A DNA stretch of 63,712 bases, counting the filler, from Welwitschia mirabilis (Eukaryota), in NCBI GenBank assembly GCA_051453625.1. It is 5 parts of one record of this genome, joined end to end, with 100 filler letters (N's around TTAATTAATTAA, not from the genome) between each part and the next. Parts side by side here need not be neighbours in the genome. Positions count along the whole stretch, not along the records: positions 18,463 to 33,700 come from JBOZIK010000001.1; positions 33,801 to 53,195 come from JBOZIK010000001.1; 3 more parts are not named here. One strand, given 5' to 3'. The position numbers and the translations under genes are program-made. The notes under the pieces were generated by a model, which saw only the letters and a list, made by a program, of their open reading frames with translations, was not told the origin of the DNA and ran no database searches. The stretch's first letter is position 1. Every line of letters begins with the position of its first letter. Shown piece by piece: positions 26,054 through 39,099 of this stretch.

Positions 26054-26419
26054 TGTTGGAGTTGAAGTCCAGTCCTCTTTTGTATCTTATATTTTTCTCT
26101 TATGGTAGCACTTTCTTTGTAAAGTGTATTTCTCTTTTGTATTATAAAGTAAGAGGGGCTATTTATAAAGTCAATGTACAATTAAGGTTTCTAACTTAAA
26201 GTAAGCCTATTTAAGGGGAAGGGTCTTGAGAGAGGTGTAAGACATTTTAGAACACTCTGGCTATTGAGGACGGCTTGTGTCCTTGAACTATTCTTCTTAA
26301 AATATTAAGAGAGCTCTGCATTGCTTCTGTGGCTTTTTGCCACATCGGGGTTTTCCACATAAATTCGTGTGTGTTGTTTTGCTTCGTGTTTCTGTTATTT
26401 TTCATTGTTATTTTTAACA
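26054..26419 (+). mobile_element. Solo LTR related to family A
   Basis: TGTTGGAG..TTTAACA. Shares ggctattgaggacggcttgtgtccttg with the reverse complement of 11609-11637. Near-TSD AATGT/AACGT (one CpG-type mismatch). Confidence 0.85.
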
Positions 26420-26766
26420 AACGTCACATTCCTTCTGGCAAAGGATGTCACATTCCTCTCTAATGTTGTAAAAGGCAAGTATGCTATGAAATCTTCTTGG
26501 GCTGCTATTTTCTTAACAGTGGTATAACTTTTGATGTGCAAATATTAAGTTTCTATGTATTTGTTATCAATAATATCGAGCTACTATATGCCATTCAAAC
26601 AAGGGATTTATAATAATCAAACAACATACTATGTGATGCATTAATCCACCATTATTTGATATAAATCATTTTAGAGACCAATATCTAGGAGAGGAAAATA
26701 TATAACCTAACTAATGAGCACAAAGATAAGAGGAACAAAGATAGGTGGTAGTCTTTCAAATTATCA

Positions 26767-27851
26767 TGATGCGTGCAGTAAGGAAGAAATCACTAATTTA
26801 TCAATTTGAAGGTACCTTCTAGATATGAGTTTTGAAAAAAGAACAGGAATTATCTTAATGAGACATGATGTTTTTATAATAAATAAGCTTATTTTGGATA
26901 AGATGTATAACTCATTATAGTCTCATGGAAAAGAATACGAAAAAAATCTTTTTGATTATAATATAACAACAAAAATATTATTATTTGTCAATCCTTTCGT
27001 AAGCACTAGAAATGAGACCTATGAAGGGTACTACTAATTAAATCCTGTGTTTTATGAGGTTATAAGTTTTCAAGGGAGTTAAGATCGATTGGACTCAAAG
27101 AATGCAAGAATTGGGCACGGGTAGAATTGTTGCTACTTGTCGTTGCATCGCGACGCTAGTAGCAATGATTTTATGACAACATCGTCAACCTGCGATGACC
27201 TAATGATGCCTTCTTTTATGTTTCACTAAAACTGTTGCCACTTAGCGTCACCCACTAATAGTATCTATCGAAGCTTTTGTTAGTTGTCATAACATAGAGT
27301 TGCCTAGCGATAGTTTTGAGCGACACCGAATCCCAAGCTATTTAAGGAAGGGGGTTGTCCTTGACAAGGAAGCCTTTTTCATTGCTTGGATTGCATGATA
27401 GAAGTAGCAAGAGTGAGGAAGCCATTGGGAGAGACTTGGAATTAGGACCCTTGCCTTGTCTTTTTAGTTAGGGCGAGAAATTTGTGTCTAAGCCCTCAAT
27501 GTAAGTTATGTATTCCAAATATTTGGCTTAATAAAACATTTCATTTTTGATTCTCAAATTGTGTATTGATTTACATTGAAGAGTAGTAATTAATGATTGA
27601 TGTAATATTGGTACATGGTTTGGGACTAGTTGGGTGACATCCAAGTAGATTTTGATAGTGACTTGCGTTGTTAACTTAGATGCGTTGTTGTTTCTCTTGT
27701 TTTTGTAGTTATAACCTTTTCTAAAACAAATTCCAATCTCTCTTTCTCTCTCACAAATGTTTTTCTACTTTCTAGACTCTTGTCTTTGCTGGTTACAATA
27801 GTTGGGATTGTTGGTTGGTGTGAAATACATGCTTAAACAAGTTGCATAACA
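26767..27851 (+). mobile_element. Possible Ty3-type solo LTR
   Basis: TGATGCGT..CATAACA ends, a TATA-like tatttaa at ~27339 and a T-rich U5-like tail. No TSD found. Confidence 0.3.
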
Positions 27852-28999
27852 TTCTCATCATCCTTTAATTGAAAAGCATTCGGTAACCGATATTAACAAT
27901 CATATCTATGACAATCCAGTTTAATACATGTTAGATCATTGGCATAAAAGTTGTGACAAATAAAGATGATGTGCAGATAAAAACAATGTGAAATAGTGTA
28001 GTTGTACAATTGACATAGCGAATCCACTACACTGATATGTATGCACATTCTGAATATTCCAAAGGATCAGTTAGTAGGAGTACTAACATAGGTGTATGAT
28101 GTCTCATATGTGTCATGGACACCTTCCCCTCCCCTTCCCCTTCAATCAGATCAAGTGTTGTCTTATTTGCTGTTGGCTTGTTGTAATTTGTGTCCATTGG
28201 AAGAAGTGTGCAATTTTTGGTTGGGACTGGTAGCCATTCTTTCTAGTAGTACTTGTTGCTTTCACAACATCACTAATAAGAGGATAAAGAACATTATGCT
28301 CCAGCTTTGGCTGTGGGGGCATTTTTCCCAACTGCAGAGTTGAGTAGGCATATACCTAGATCCCCAATGGGAATGTTAGTGTTTGTGCTTGCATTAGTTT
28401 CATAATCACCATCCTCAACAATCTATAGATTCAGAGTGCAAGTGATATGCCCTGTGAAATAACAAGAAGCCAACTTCATTTAAGCTCATATGCTTTGCAA
28501 ATTCACATAGTGCTTTGTTATGTTTGAGAAAATCAAATTCCGTCATACCAACTAGCCAATTACTAGATGAAGTAATGTGTGATGATAAAATGTTCTTGGC
28601 AAGGGAATAAGGCTTTATTAATTCAACTCCATGACACTTCCATCATCACTTTCTCAAATTTTGGACCAAAACTTTAGTTGATCTTTGTAACGTTGCAACT
28701 TCTACCTAACTGTAAAGAAGCAAAACAAATAAACTGGGAGAAAAAGAAAAGAAGAAAAAGAAAAAAGAAAGAAAAAGAAAAACAAGGAAAACAGGAAAAG
28801 AAAGAGCACCAGGGGAGGTTTTTGGGTTTTTCTGGGTTGGGGGGGTGGGGGGTGGGGGTGTGGGGAAGGTGGGTGAAAGATTTTAAAAAAGTTATTTTTA
28901 TATGGATAGTGCTTTTCCTTCTCCATCTTGGCGTTGGGAGTGGATATTTTGAATCCATTTTTGACCCTCGACGTCACTAATGCATGCAATTAAAAGGCA

Positions 29000-29960
29000 A
29001 AACCTAAATACCTCAGTTTTGCAAGCCAACATAATCAGCAAGTCCCCTATTTCCTTTCTTACCTTAGGGACTTCAGCATTAAGCTGATCCTTTACATCAA
29101 ATATTCAGAGAATTCCCAAGTCCATAGTTGGGATTCAGTACATGGACAGTAGTGTACAAGCTAGAGCTTGATGTTGTTTTCCATGTATGGTCAATTAATA
29201 CTTCTTCTTGCATAGGTCAACTCAACAACCCTAAATTTTTGCTAACTATGTTCTTGGCATTCTTTAGTGCTTTTAAGACATCAACCCATTGTTGGCTTGT
29301 CTGAATCCACGTTCCTTTGCAAAATCACAACTTTTTATACGATATGTCACAGTTTAAATCACAGAAAATGCATGACATTTCATGAAGTTTCAACTCACAG
29401 AACAAATATACAGTAGCATAAAATGAGCTTCTTACCCATAGTGTAAGGGATCCAACAAAACCAAAAGTGGTCTACTATGGGATGTCATGGGTCTTCTCAA
29501 AAACAATGACTCATTGGCATTAATCTCCCTCTACAAATAACCACAATTGGATCCGAGATGGTGAAGGAGAATGCAATTCTTCTATAGTAGACATGGCCAT
29601 CAAAGTTACTGTATGCTTATGGAAATGACACAATATTATGTAGTTTGTGGAAAACCTAGCCTTTCACAGTGTTGATAATGCTTTCTATTACTATGATGTC
29701 TCAACAGGCTATTCCTCAATTCATGAGCATTTATGAATTTTATGTTGTACTGTGCATTTCTACTTGTGTACAACCAATTGAAAACACGAGAAGTGAAATT
29801 TAGATGAAGTCATAGTAGTAATATAATAATGAAAAGGTGAGCACTTCAAATTCCAAAAATTGGTACCAATATACTTTAATCCAACTTGCTACTGCCCTCT
29901 ATCGGCAAGTCATTCCAATGTATTACACATGGGATCTAGTAGATGTAGAGGGTCTTTTGG
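29000..29960 (-). mobile_element. Decayed hAT-family transposase (DUF659-type)
   Basis: Frameshifted remnants KR..HIY*IPCVIH (cf. FWTPCAAH), ARFSTNYI (cf. TRFAT), VDSDKPTMG..AK..IDHTWK..VLNP. Confidence 0.7.
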
Positions 29961-30784
29961 ATTATAAAAAAATTAAAATATTAGGATTAGTCCTACTGGA
30001 TTCATAGAACTATATGATTGGCAACTAATTAACTAATTGGCAAGTAGCCACTGATTTATTAATCACTGCACTGGACCACAATAAATCATTATTTAGATGT
30101 TACAACCTAATTGCAAAGTTGAGATCTGCAACTGGGGTTCATCTGACTGAAATTTAAGATTCCAATGTTGGAGGCGAATAGCTAGATTGAGGGCTATTCT
30201 CTGATTCTGACAACTATGATGCCAAGAGATTTCAGAAAGGGATGCTTTGCTAGTCGATAGCTATGCACATGGCATATACTCCTTAGAATGAATTGACAAT
30301 TAGAGATTTTCTTGTTTGGTTTTTTGATGTTTATTACATTTATGACAGCCTGTTTCTTTGTGATTTGTTACGACAGCACACTCTGACCTCTGTGTATTAG
30401 TGGAATGCTTGTTGGTTTAATTTAACTACATATTATGTTTTAAATGTTAATGATATCTCAGCTGTATCTCTCCTGCTTAAGCTCTTTAGCATTTATTTCT
30501 TATATAGAAAATATCTCTTCATTAGTTTCAAATGTCTGTTAGAAACTTCTCTGGAGTAACAATGGTCTGTACTCATATGTGGGGGAACAAGGGATGCTTA
30601 CTTATATATAGGTGGAGGGCATATTTTTGTTATCAAAAATAATTTTTTTAATTCATAATGCACATAATATGATTTAAAAGGGAAAACAAGCTTCAAGACA
30701 GTTCTTTGTGAGTTGTTACAGTATCTTCTGAATTTCTTGAAATCTCACTATTGAAATTTAATACCTCTATTTTCCGTTGCACAG

Positions 30785-31051
30785 AACATCTTGGTTCCTA
30801 ATATAATGAATGAAGGGATGAATTACTTATCGAGATCTCTCTGTATTGTACCTGGAATTCCTATAAAACCTATGTTAGCAAAGTAAGCCACCATTTTAAC
30901 GTTTTATCATTTTTAACGAAAGATGTAAGCACAAGCCATCCCCTGCATTCTGTAACAGCTGTTTCTTATGTTTTAACTTTTGAAGGATAACAAACGGCAT
31001 CCCAGAGGTTGTCAAGAGATTTCGAGGGAAGACTTTCACGTGCGAGTTCAA
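30785..31051 (+). CDS. LIG6: Two internal exons (30785-30882, 30986-31051) of an ATP-dependent DNA ligase, most like plant DNA ligase 6
   Basis: Canonical AG/GT boundaries with matching phase. Spliced translation NILVPNIMNEGMNYLSRSLCIVPGIPIKPMLAK|ITNGIPEVVKRFRGKTFTCEFK ends within the codon for the motif-I adenylation lysine (KxDG). LIG1 is not fully excluded. Confidence 0.85.
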
Positions 31052-32170
31052 GTAAGATATATATTTCTGTTTATATATTATGTAATTCATTTAATGCTTC
31101 ATTTTAGTCTTTTTTATGATGCAGATGAGTTCAATTAGTGACCAACTGATTCAACTTATTTATTTTATAAACGGCGATGAAGGCTAAATGGCTGGAATGA
31201 ACTTAGTTGTATCCATTAACTCATATGAAAGAAAGCATTGCCAGGACTAATCATGGGTTCATGGAAAACTGTATTTTCTTACACAAGTTGTTAAGGAAAT
31301 TTATACTTACTAGGTGTTTTAACTTTTTGTGGGTTTTCAAGTAAATCACGAATCAACAAGTTAATCCAACCATATGAGTTACGAACACAGACTCTCTGGA
31401 CGCCGAGGCATTTGCAATGGTATTTTGTGATTTTTTTTTGCCTCCTCATGTATAAACTCCTCATACATTTTTCTGAGTTGGGAGTCAATGAGATTTTTAT
31501 GGACATATGTAAGTTGAGACCTCTGCCACCTTGATGATTATCAAAATCTCTGTTCAGAAGATGTGTAGAAGTGCCTTTTCTACCGTTATTGAAACATTGA
31601 ATTTTAATGAGTTTGAAATCAAGTTTTTGAGATTACTATGCCTGACTGAAACTTAAATAAAATGAAGTTAAGACCTATTTGGGCATGGTCATAAGTACAG
31701 AGACTAGATGTACAATGGGTTTTGTGCCTGCTTTTTTCACACATTCTAGTGAGAGCAACTGTTCCTGGCTTAAATGAGTCATGTTCTTAGTGACAACCCA
31801 TTGTGAGGATTTCCTGTCATGACTAGTTGGATTTCCTATTTTTGGTTGTCATGTTGACAAACTGGATATATTTTCATTTTTGACCTTTAGATTTGTTAGT
31901 TTTTCTTTTACATGGTTTGTTTTGGAACATTTGATTTGAGCACATTAGTTCTACGTTCTCCGGAACAGACAAGAGCCCATAAAGAAGGGTGCATGCAAGT
32001 GAAAGATGAAATTAGTTTATTGAAATGAAAATTCAGATTACTATACAATCACTTAAAGAAGCCTTGTAGTTGAGATCGGATCAACCAAATTGTAAAACAG
32101 GTCACCCACATTGTAAACTCGCGAGGTGTGAGTCTTCCTACCACCATCGAAAATGTTATTGGTTACACAC

Positions 32171-32240
32171 TATCTGATACCAGTTGTTAGAAAAATGCAG
32201 CAGAGCAAAAGCCAAATGCAAATATCAACACACCAGATTT
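32171..32240 (-). mobile_element. Family-A 5' LTR end with tRNA-iMet PBS
   Basis: LTR end at 32185 (tgttagaaaaatgcag). Minus strand reads ..CTAACA-AC-TGGTATCAGATA (PBS 32171-32182), which fixes the orientation of the family. Confidence 0.8.
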
Positions 32241-32340
32241 NNNNNNNNNNNNNNNNNNNNNNNNNNNNNNNNNNNNNNNNNNNNNNNNNNNNNNNNNNNN
32301 NNNNNNNNNNNNNNNNNNNNNNNNNNNNNNNNNNNNNNNN

Positions 32341-33700
32341 AGTGCTTTTATTTTTAGAAATGGATTTCTTAAAGTTTACACATTTTGCTTTTGCAATAGC
32401 ACAATCCTTACAAAAATTTAAAAAAATAGAGTTAAACTTTGGAAGAAAGTTTTTAGAACTACGAACCTTCATGCCAGTTTTACTGAGATGTCTAAGTCTC
32501 TTATGCTAAAGAGACACGTCCTCATCGCTAGCAATAACAACACTGTGCTTTACCACATCAGCATGCAGATTGTATAAGGTCCCTTCTGTGGAGAAGTATA
32601 TTTCAATGATGATCAAAAGATAGGTAGTGGCGTGCTTCAACAAACGTGCAAATCAGAAGCTGTGCCATTTGGGACGTCCGAGATTTTCAACAGGACGCCC
32701 GACTCTGTACGCGGCCAAATATACGGGGACATCCGGTCTGTTAGGGACATCCAACCTTCAACGCAGTTGAAATATACGGGGACGTTCGGTCTGTTACCAG
32801 GGATGTCCGACCTTGAACGCGGATGCAATGTACGTGGACGTTCGGTCTGCTACTAGGGACGTTCGACCCTGAACTCAATTGCATTTTATGGGGACGTCCG
32901 GGCTTGTCATAGGGACGTCCGACTTCTGTCTCGGAGATCAAGTATGAGGAACTCCGATCGTAAAACTGGGACGTCCGAGATTCTTTCCAGTTGAACTCAG
33001 AAATCAAACATTACAACCGGGACATCCAATCCAAAAAGTTGGGACGTCCAACTCAATGATGTTAAGGGAAAATTTGAACGTTATGGCCGCCAGAACGACG
33101 CGGTTTAACTTGCAAACATCTTGGGCAGCGGTTCAAACGGCTATGACAGCAGTTCCAACGGCTAGGGATGAACTTCTAACGATTAGGGACCAAATCTTAA
33201 AGATCCAACAGCTATCTTTTTGTCCTAGCCTATATAAACCATTCAAGGACTCTTGTAATGGTTAACGCTCCTACCTTGTTGTAAAATCTATTCTGCAAAT
33301 CCTTCTTGTACTTCAATAAGTGATCATTTGAGCAAGGAGCNNNNNNNNNNNNNNNNNNNNNNNNNNNNNNNNNNNNNNNNNNNNNNNNNNNNNNNNNNNN
33401 NNNNNNNNNNNNNNNNNNNNNNNNNNNNNNNNNNNNNNNNAAATTTGGTGCATTGTCTTTTGTTTATTTTCATTGCTATTCTCTTGTATCATTTCATATG
33501 TGAAGTTTCTCATTGTATTTATCTTTAGCAATAGCTTTAAATTTTGCCCTATTCACCTCACTTCTAGGGTGCTTTTTGATCCTAACAGCTTCTTTCTGTC
33601 CTCGTGCTAGCACTATGGCACCTTTCGTTACCTTCCAGCCACTTGCGCTAAAGAAGACTGAACAACCAGCAACATTTAATTGATTTACTAAAATTAAGTT
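32341..33700 (-). mobile_element. Copia pre-integrase/integrase fragment of the same family as 24690-25050, split by a solo LTR
   Basis: KNFLPKFNSIFLNFCKDCAIAKAK versus KNLLPKFDSVSLNFCKDCAIAKAK. 33593-33700 continues the alignment with ~24940-25048. Confidence 0.88.
32587..33587 (+). mobile_element. Sirevirus-like LTR (solo as assembled; contains a gap)
   Basis: TGTGG..CTAACA, repeated palindrome GGACGTCC, TATATAA at ~33231, ATTCACC..TCTAGG end signature, near-TSD CCTTC/GCTTC. Confidence 0.85.
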
Positions 33701-33800
33701 NNNNNNNNNNNNNNNNNNNNNNNNNNNNNNNNNNNNNNNNNNNNTTAATTAATTAANNNNNNNNNNNNNNNNNNNNNNNNNNNNNNNNNNNNNNNNNNNN
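33701..33800. other. Artificial assembly spacer
   Basis: 44N-TTAATTAATTAA-44N. Confidence 0.95.
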
Positions 33801-34096
33801 GGGTCCTCATTGGTGTGGGCTTGTATTATAGGACAGGGAGTTTGGTTGCCATTTGGTTTATGACCAAGGGCATCATTGGGCCTTAGACCTCTAACTACCC
33901 TTTGACAAGGTTATCCTTCCAACCTATTGGAATGTTATCTCCTAAACGCAAAGGGATACATTTAAAAAAAACACAAATGACAAATTATTTGGTCAATATA
34001 GTAAAATGAGATAGTGAGGCGTAATATGAAGACTGAGCATGAAAAAGTGAATATGAGCACTACACATCTAGTAAGAATGTGCCCACATGTATATAG

Positions 34097-34100
<4 letters not shown>

Positions 34101-34142
<42 letters not shown>
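34101..34142. repeat. (CT)n microsatellite followed by an imperfect (AT)n
   Basis: Direct observation. Confidence 0.95.
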
Positions 34143-34144
<2 letters not shown>

Positions 34145-34531
34145 ATAAATATATATACATATATATCCATATATACATATGTATAAAACAAAATTTAATA
34201 CATAAGACCCTTTATCTTTTATAATGATGATGAAAACTACCTCAAAAATTAGGTCCTAGGTAAAAGAAAAATCTCAAGCAAACAAGTCAAATGAACTCAA
34301 AAATTAGATGAAATAAAGAATTTCTTCACCTTTAGTGTAGAGTTCTTTTGATTGCGAGTATTCTAACTATATGAATCAAGCTGCAAAAACCCCTTAAAAC
34401 GAGATTCGTACATAAGTAAATGACATCGTTCAATGTTTACCATCAAGAGCGTCAAACTGGAAGATCAAAAGGCCAAAAATATAGATATAGTTAGTATGCC
34501 GTCATTAGAAACGATACATGATAATTCAGAT

Positions 34532-37500
34532 TGCAAGAATGTGATTTAATAACAATTTATTTTTATAAAATAAGAATCAAAGGTATTATGTATATAGGTC
34601 GTACCGTTTCGGTTATGTATTGTTAACTAGTATAACTGTTTAGTTAACAATACTATCACTTACTAACATTCACCCCTTTTCAAATAATGAAGAGGAGAAC
34701 GTAATAGTAACACAAAGTTCTCAAATTTCTAGACATTCAACACTTTTGTAAAATTGTTAATAGGGTTTGATGTGGACTTGATGTAAGCAATATCAAATCT
34801 TTTGGCAATGTAATCATCGCATACAACAAAGAGACGTGTTTTAAAATGACCATTCTTTCTATTATTAACAGGATTCCTCACAGCTTGAATTGTAGCTTTA
34901 TTGTCAGAACAAATAAGGGGCTTTTGTACTTGACACCTAGTGTCGTAGGTAGGTTCTGAATGCTAAGTACTTCCTTTACAACTTCACTTAGGGCATGGGA
35001 CTCAACTTCTGTGGTTGTCCTTGAAATACGGTCTTGCTTCATGCTTGCCCATGAAATGATGGGCTTTCCTAAGTAGATTGTGTAACCAGTTCTAGACTCT
35101 TTCAAAAATGGATCACCACCACAGTCATAGTTAGCATAGGCAACTAACTGATTATCAGACTCTTGGAAGATTAGGCCAAAGTCTTTTATCTTTTTAAGGT
35201 ATTGTAATATTTGGAGAAGCACTTCCATGTGTTACTTATTTGGCTTTGTTAAGAACCATGAAAGAAGTTTTATTGGCATTTGGATATCTGGTTTGGTGTT
35301 GGTAAGATATTGTAGTTTCCCAACAATTCTTTGGAGGTGTGTGATGTCAGTCTTCATAAGATGATCTTCATACATTTTGTGAGTTTGATTTAATGGGATA
35401 GCACTTTCTTTGTTGTTTTCAAATTGTATGCTACAAGTATTTTACCCAAGTACTTTCTTTGAGACACCTGGATCATACTGTGCTATTGTGCAATCTTCAT
35501 ACGAAGGTAATGGTTTGCTTCACTTATATTTGATAATTCAAAGTTTTGTGCCAAGAGCTTCTTAAAATCTGACAATACTTCTTCATTTTAACATGTTCTT
35601 ACCACATCATCCACATGAAAGGCCATATAGAGTTCAAGCTTAATTCTGTTAATCTTTACGAAAAGATTTACATCATGGGGTGAGTTTCATAACTCATTAT
35701 CTTGTAAAAATTTGCTTTGCACTTGGTACCAAACGTTGGGTGACTCTCTTAATTTGTACAATGACTTGATTAATTTACACACATTTCTGAAGCCAACTTC
35801 AAAACCTTCTAATTGCTTGATATAAATTACGGAATCAAGTATTCTGTACAAAAAGGTAGATTTTACATCAAGTTGGTAGAGTTTCTACCTGTTTTGTATT
35901 GTGAGACGTAAGAGGATATGGAATGTTTTCATCCTAGTAGTCGAAGCAAAGGTCTTTTCATAGTTGAGTCCTTTAACTTGTGAAATTCCTTTGGCAACAA
36001 TCCTTGCCTTACATTTCTCAACAGTTCTATTATCATTAGTTTTGGCCATAAAGACACATCTTGAACCCACTATGTTTTTGGCATTTCTAGATGTGGAACA
36101 ATCCCTCACACTCCTCTTTTTAACATCATGTTATATTCATCTTGTGTTGTTTGCCTCCATTTAGGACAAGTTAGTGCTTCCTGTACTGTACACATTAGAT
36201 TCCTTTTATTACAAACACCCACATTTTCATCTCTTCCTTGGAACCATTTTAACATTCCATGAGTAGATATTCTATCATGTCTGTCCTTGTTATCAATGCA
36301 CATGTTTTGCACTTCATCTTGCAAGATCTCAACATGGGTTCTTTTCTTTCATCAAGGGCGTTCTACTTCAAGTTTCATGGTTGGAACATTTTTAGTCACT
36401 TCATCCTCATCTTCTTTGGGTTATTCTGGTTTTAGTGTGCATCCCATGGCCCCTTGGTGTAACTACATCGGCTAATGCACCTCAAGCTAAGCTAATTTTG
36501 ACTGTTTGTTATGGCTTGGAGACCAATTACTATCTTGTCGAACACAACGTCCCTTGATTCTTCACTTTTTGAGTGACGAGATCATAAATATGGTACACAG
36601 TTGATCTATTACCATATCCGACTAGCATGGCAACACTAGAACGTTTTGAATATTTGTTAACGGGATGCCTATGATAGAAAGCTTTGCCATATGCTTTGAG
36701 CATGCTTAAATTAGCCTTTGTTCCATGCCACAACCTAACCAGACTAGTGCCTCGGAGGCTTTCAGTGGCAGCTTATTAAGAATAAACTATGTGGTACAAA
36801 GGGTCTGTGCTCACCAATCCACATCAAGGTGGCTTTGAAACAATAGCCAATGGCTTATTTCCTTAAAAACATGATTTCTACATTCGACAACTCCATTCTA
36901 ACATGGGGAATATGGTGTCATGTCCTAAAGTTTTATTCCTTTCTTCTCAAGAAATTCCTGAACTGTTGGCCAATCTATTCCCTTCTGTTGTTAGTACTTA
37001 ACTAGCAATTTTGTATCCCATCTTATTTTGGGCCTGCTTTTTGGAAAACTGAAGTTTTGTTTGATGCATCATTCTTGTGCCGTATAGGAAATGCTCAACC
37101 GTATTGTGTGAGATTATTTACAAACACAATAAAGAATTAGATGATTTCCGTGGGACGAGGTTTCCAAAGGAACCAATATCTGAATGCCCTAGTTTAAGTG
37201 GTTTGTGATCTGTCTATTAGCAGGTTTTGGTTTCACAGCCAGAGTCTATTTGGCTTTTAGACAATCTTCGTATTTATCGAAATCTGTTATATTTATGGGA
37301 CTGCCCACAGTGCAGTTCTTCAGTTTTATGATGATTTGTATGTTAACATTGCAGAGTCTGGTGCAAATAGTGCTCTTCCTAATGTTGGTCACTAATATCC
37401 TGGGCAACTCAAATTGATACATTCTATTGTTCCATGAATCAATTATCCTCATAGTGCTATTAGATAACACTTCAGCATGCTGACTGCCTTTCCTAAAGAG

Positions 37501-39099
37501 CACGTTATGGCCATGATGTAAACTAGACACTATGTTATATTTTAATTGTGGAGAATAATAGACATTATGTAACTCCTCCAAACCTTACGACTGCACTGTT
37601 TGCGACATCCACTGACACTCCTTGTGCCATTCTAAAACTAATTAAAAAATTTTGACTATTATATGTGTGTTTAGTACACCAGAGTCAAAGTACTAGTGTG
37701 GATAATCATCAACAAGATCATCATCATTAATTACATTAATATTATTAGTGAGTACATTTACGAGGCAAGTTTTGTCTTTAACAGTGGGACAGAATCCCTT
37801 CACTAAACCTCTCTTTTATGACACGGGTTTTCTAGTTCCGTGATGATGGATTTGAATTGAGTATCATTCTTAACATCGTATACTCCTCTTATAGTGCAAA
37901 GGTTAACCAATCAACAACAACAACTAATGGCGCAAGGGAAAGGATTGGGAAAGAGTGACTTGAAGCATTATTTACTAAAATTGCTTCTTTTTTAGCCTTT
38001 TTATTCTCAAAATGTTTGGCTTTAGTTTTCTCAATATGCTCTTCGTTCTGCGGCTTTTTTCACTTGGCCACTGTGTGTCCTTTGCATCCACAGTTGAAGC
38101 ACCTACCTTTGAATCTTTGCTTCCTTTGATTCTTCTCTTAAACCACAAGTATTGTGTTCAAGGAACCTATGGGAGTTCCACTTTTCAAAGACAGCTTGTG
38201 AGCATACATGAGACTTAACATAGCTTTGTAGGACAGGGTGTTAACACCTTCTTGTACTACAATCAACGTCTTAGTACTTCATAATTTGGAAGAAGCAGTT
38301 TTAGTAAATAATGCTTCAAGTTGCTCTTTTCCCAATCCTTTCCCTTGCGCCATTAGTTGTTGCTGTTGATTGGTTAACCTTTGCACTATAATGGAGATAG
38401 GATCAGTAGGGTTACGACATAGGTTTTCTAGTTCCATGATGATGGATGTGAATTGAGTATCATTCTTAACATCGTATACTCCTTTTAGCTTCTCCCACAT
38501 CACAAAAGTTGTCCAATCTATGTTTTATTCCAATAGCAATGGGGGGAATGATGGTTTGTACAACATTGTATTTGACATGCTTATCTAACATTTAGGTTTC
38601 TTTGTTGGAGGTGCCAAGTTGCTTGCAGATCAAGTTCCATAGATCTTTTGCATGTAGATACATTTCTATCATCTTACTCCACGCTGGGAAATTTTTGGAG
38701 CCTTTTAGTATCATTTCTCGTACCATAGGGATCTTTATTTCATAACTTCTTACTTTCTTTGACAGGACTGTCAGTTTTGGCAAGGATGGAACTCATTTTG
38801 TTAGTGGAATTATTTTAAGAATTCTCTAAACTTATCAATTTCATCAACAATTTTCTTTTGGGTCATGGTCTTCTTGTTAGAACTGTGCATGGTTCTATGT
38901 TGCTTGTTGTACACAGGGTATCTTCTTGACTCTATTAGGTTGGCTCTGATACCATGTAAAAATATGAGGTAATCATATTTTATTTTTATAAAAACTAAGT
39001 ATCAAAGGTATCTGAACAGTTACATATATAGGTCGTATTGTTTTGGTTATAAACTGTTAATTATAACTGTTTAGTTACCAATACTATCACTTACTAACA
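34532..39099 (-). mobile_element. Structurally complete but decayed ~4.6-kb Ty1/Copia with very short (~140-bp) LTRs
   Basis: LTRs at 34532-34668 and 38955-39099 share ataactgtttagtta.caatactatcacttactaaca. PBS TGGTATCAGAGC at 38943-38954 and PPT AAAGGGGTGAA next to 34669. Gag NFPAWSKMIEMYL..KDLW, RT KARIVAKG..Q..G.NYEKTFA and FHVDD, RNase H SRTGY..ISWASMKQ. Confidence 0.92.

Noticed and set aside
28090..28452. Possible minus-strand exon(s)
   Set aside because: No recognisable protein. Probably the decayed tail of the adjacent hAT remnant, but I cannot support a call.
28674..28989. Lys-rich and Pro/Phe-rich ORFs
   Set aside because: They arise from low-complexity A-rich and G-rich tracts.
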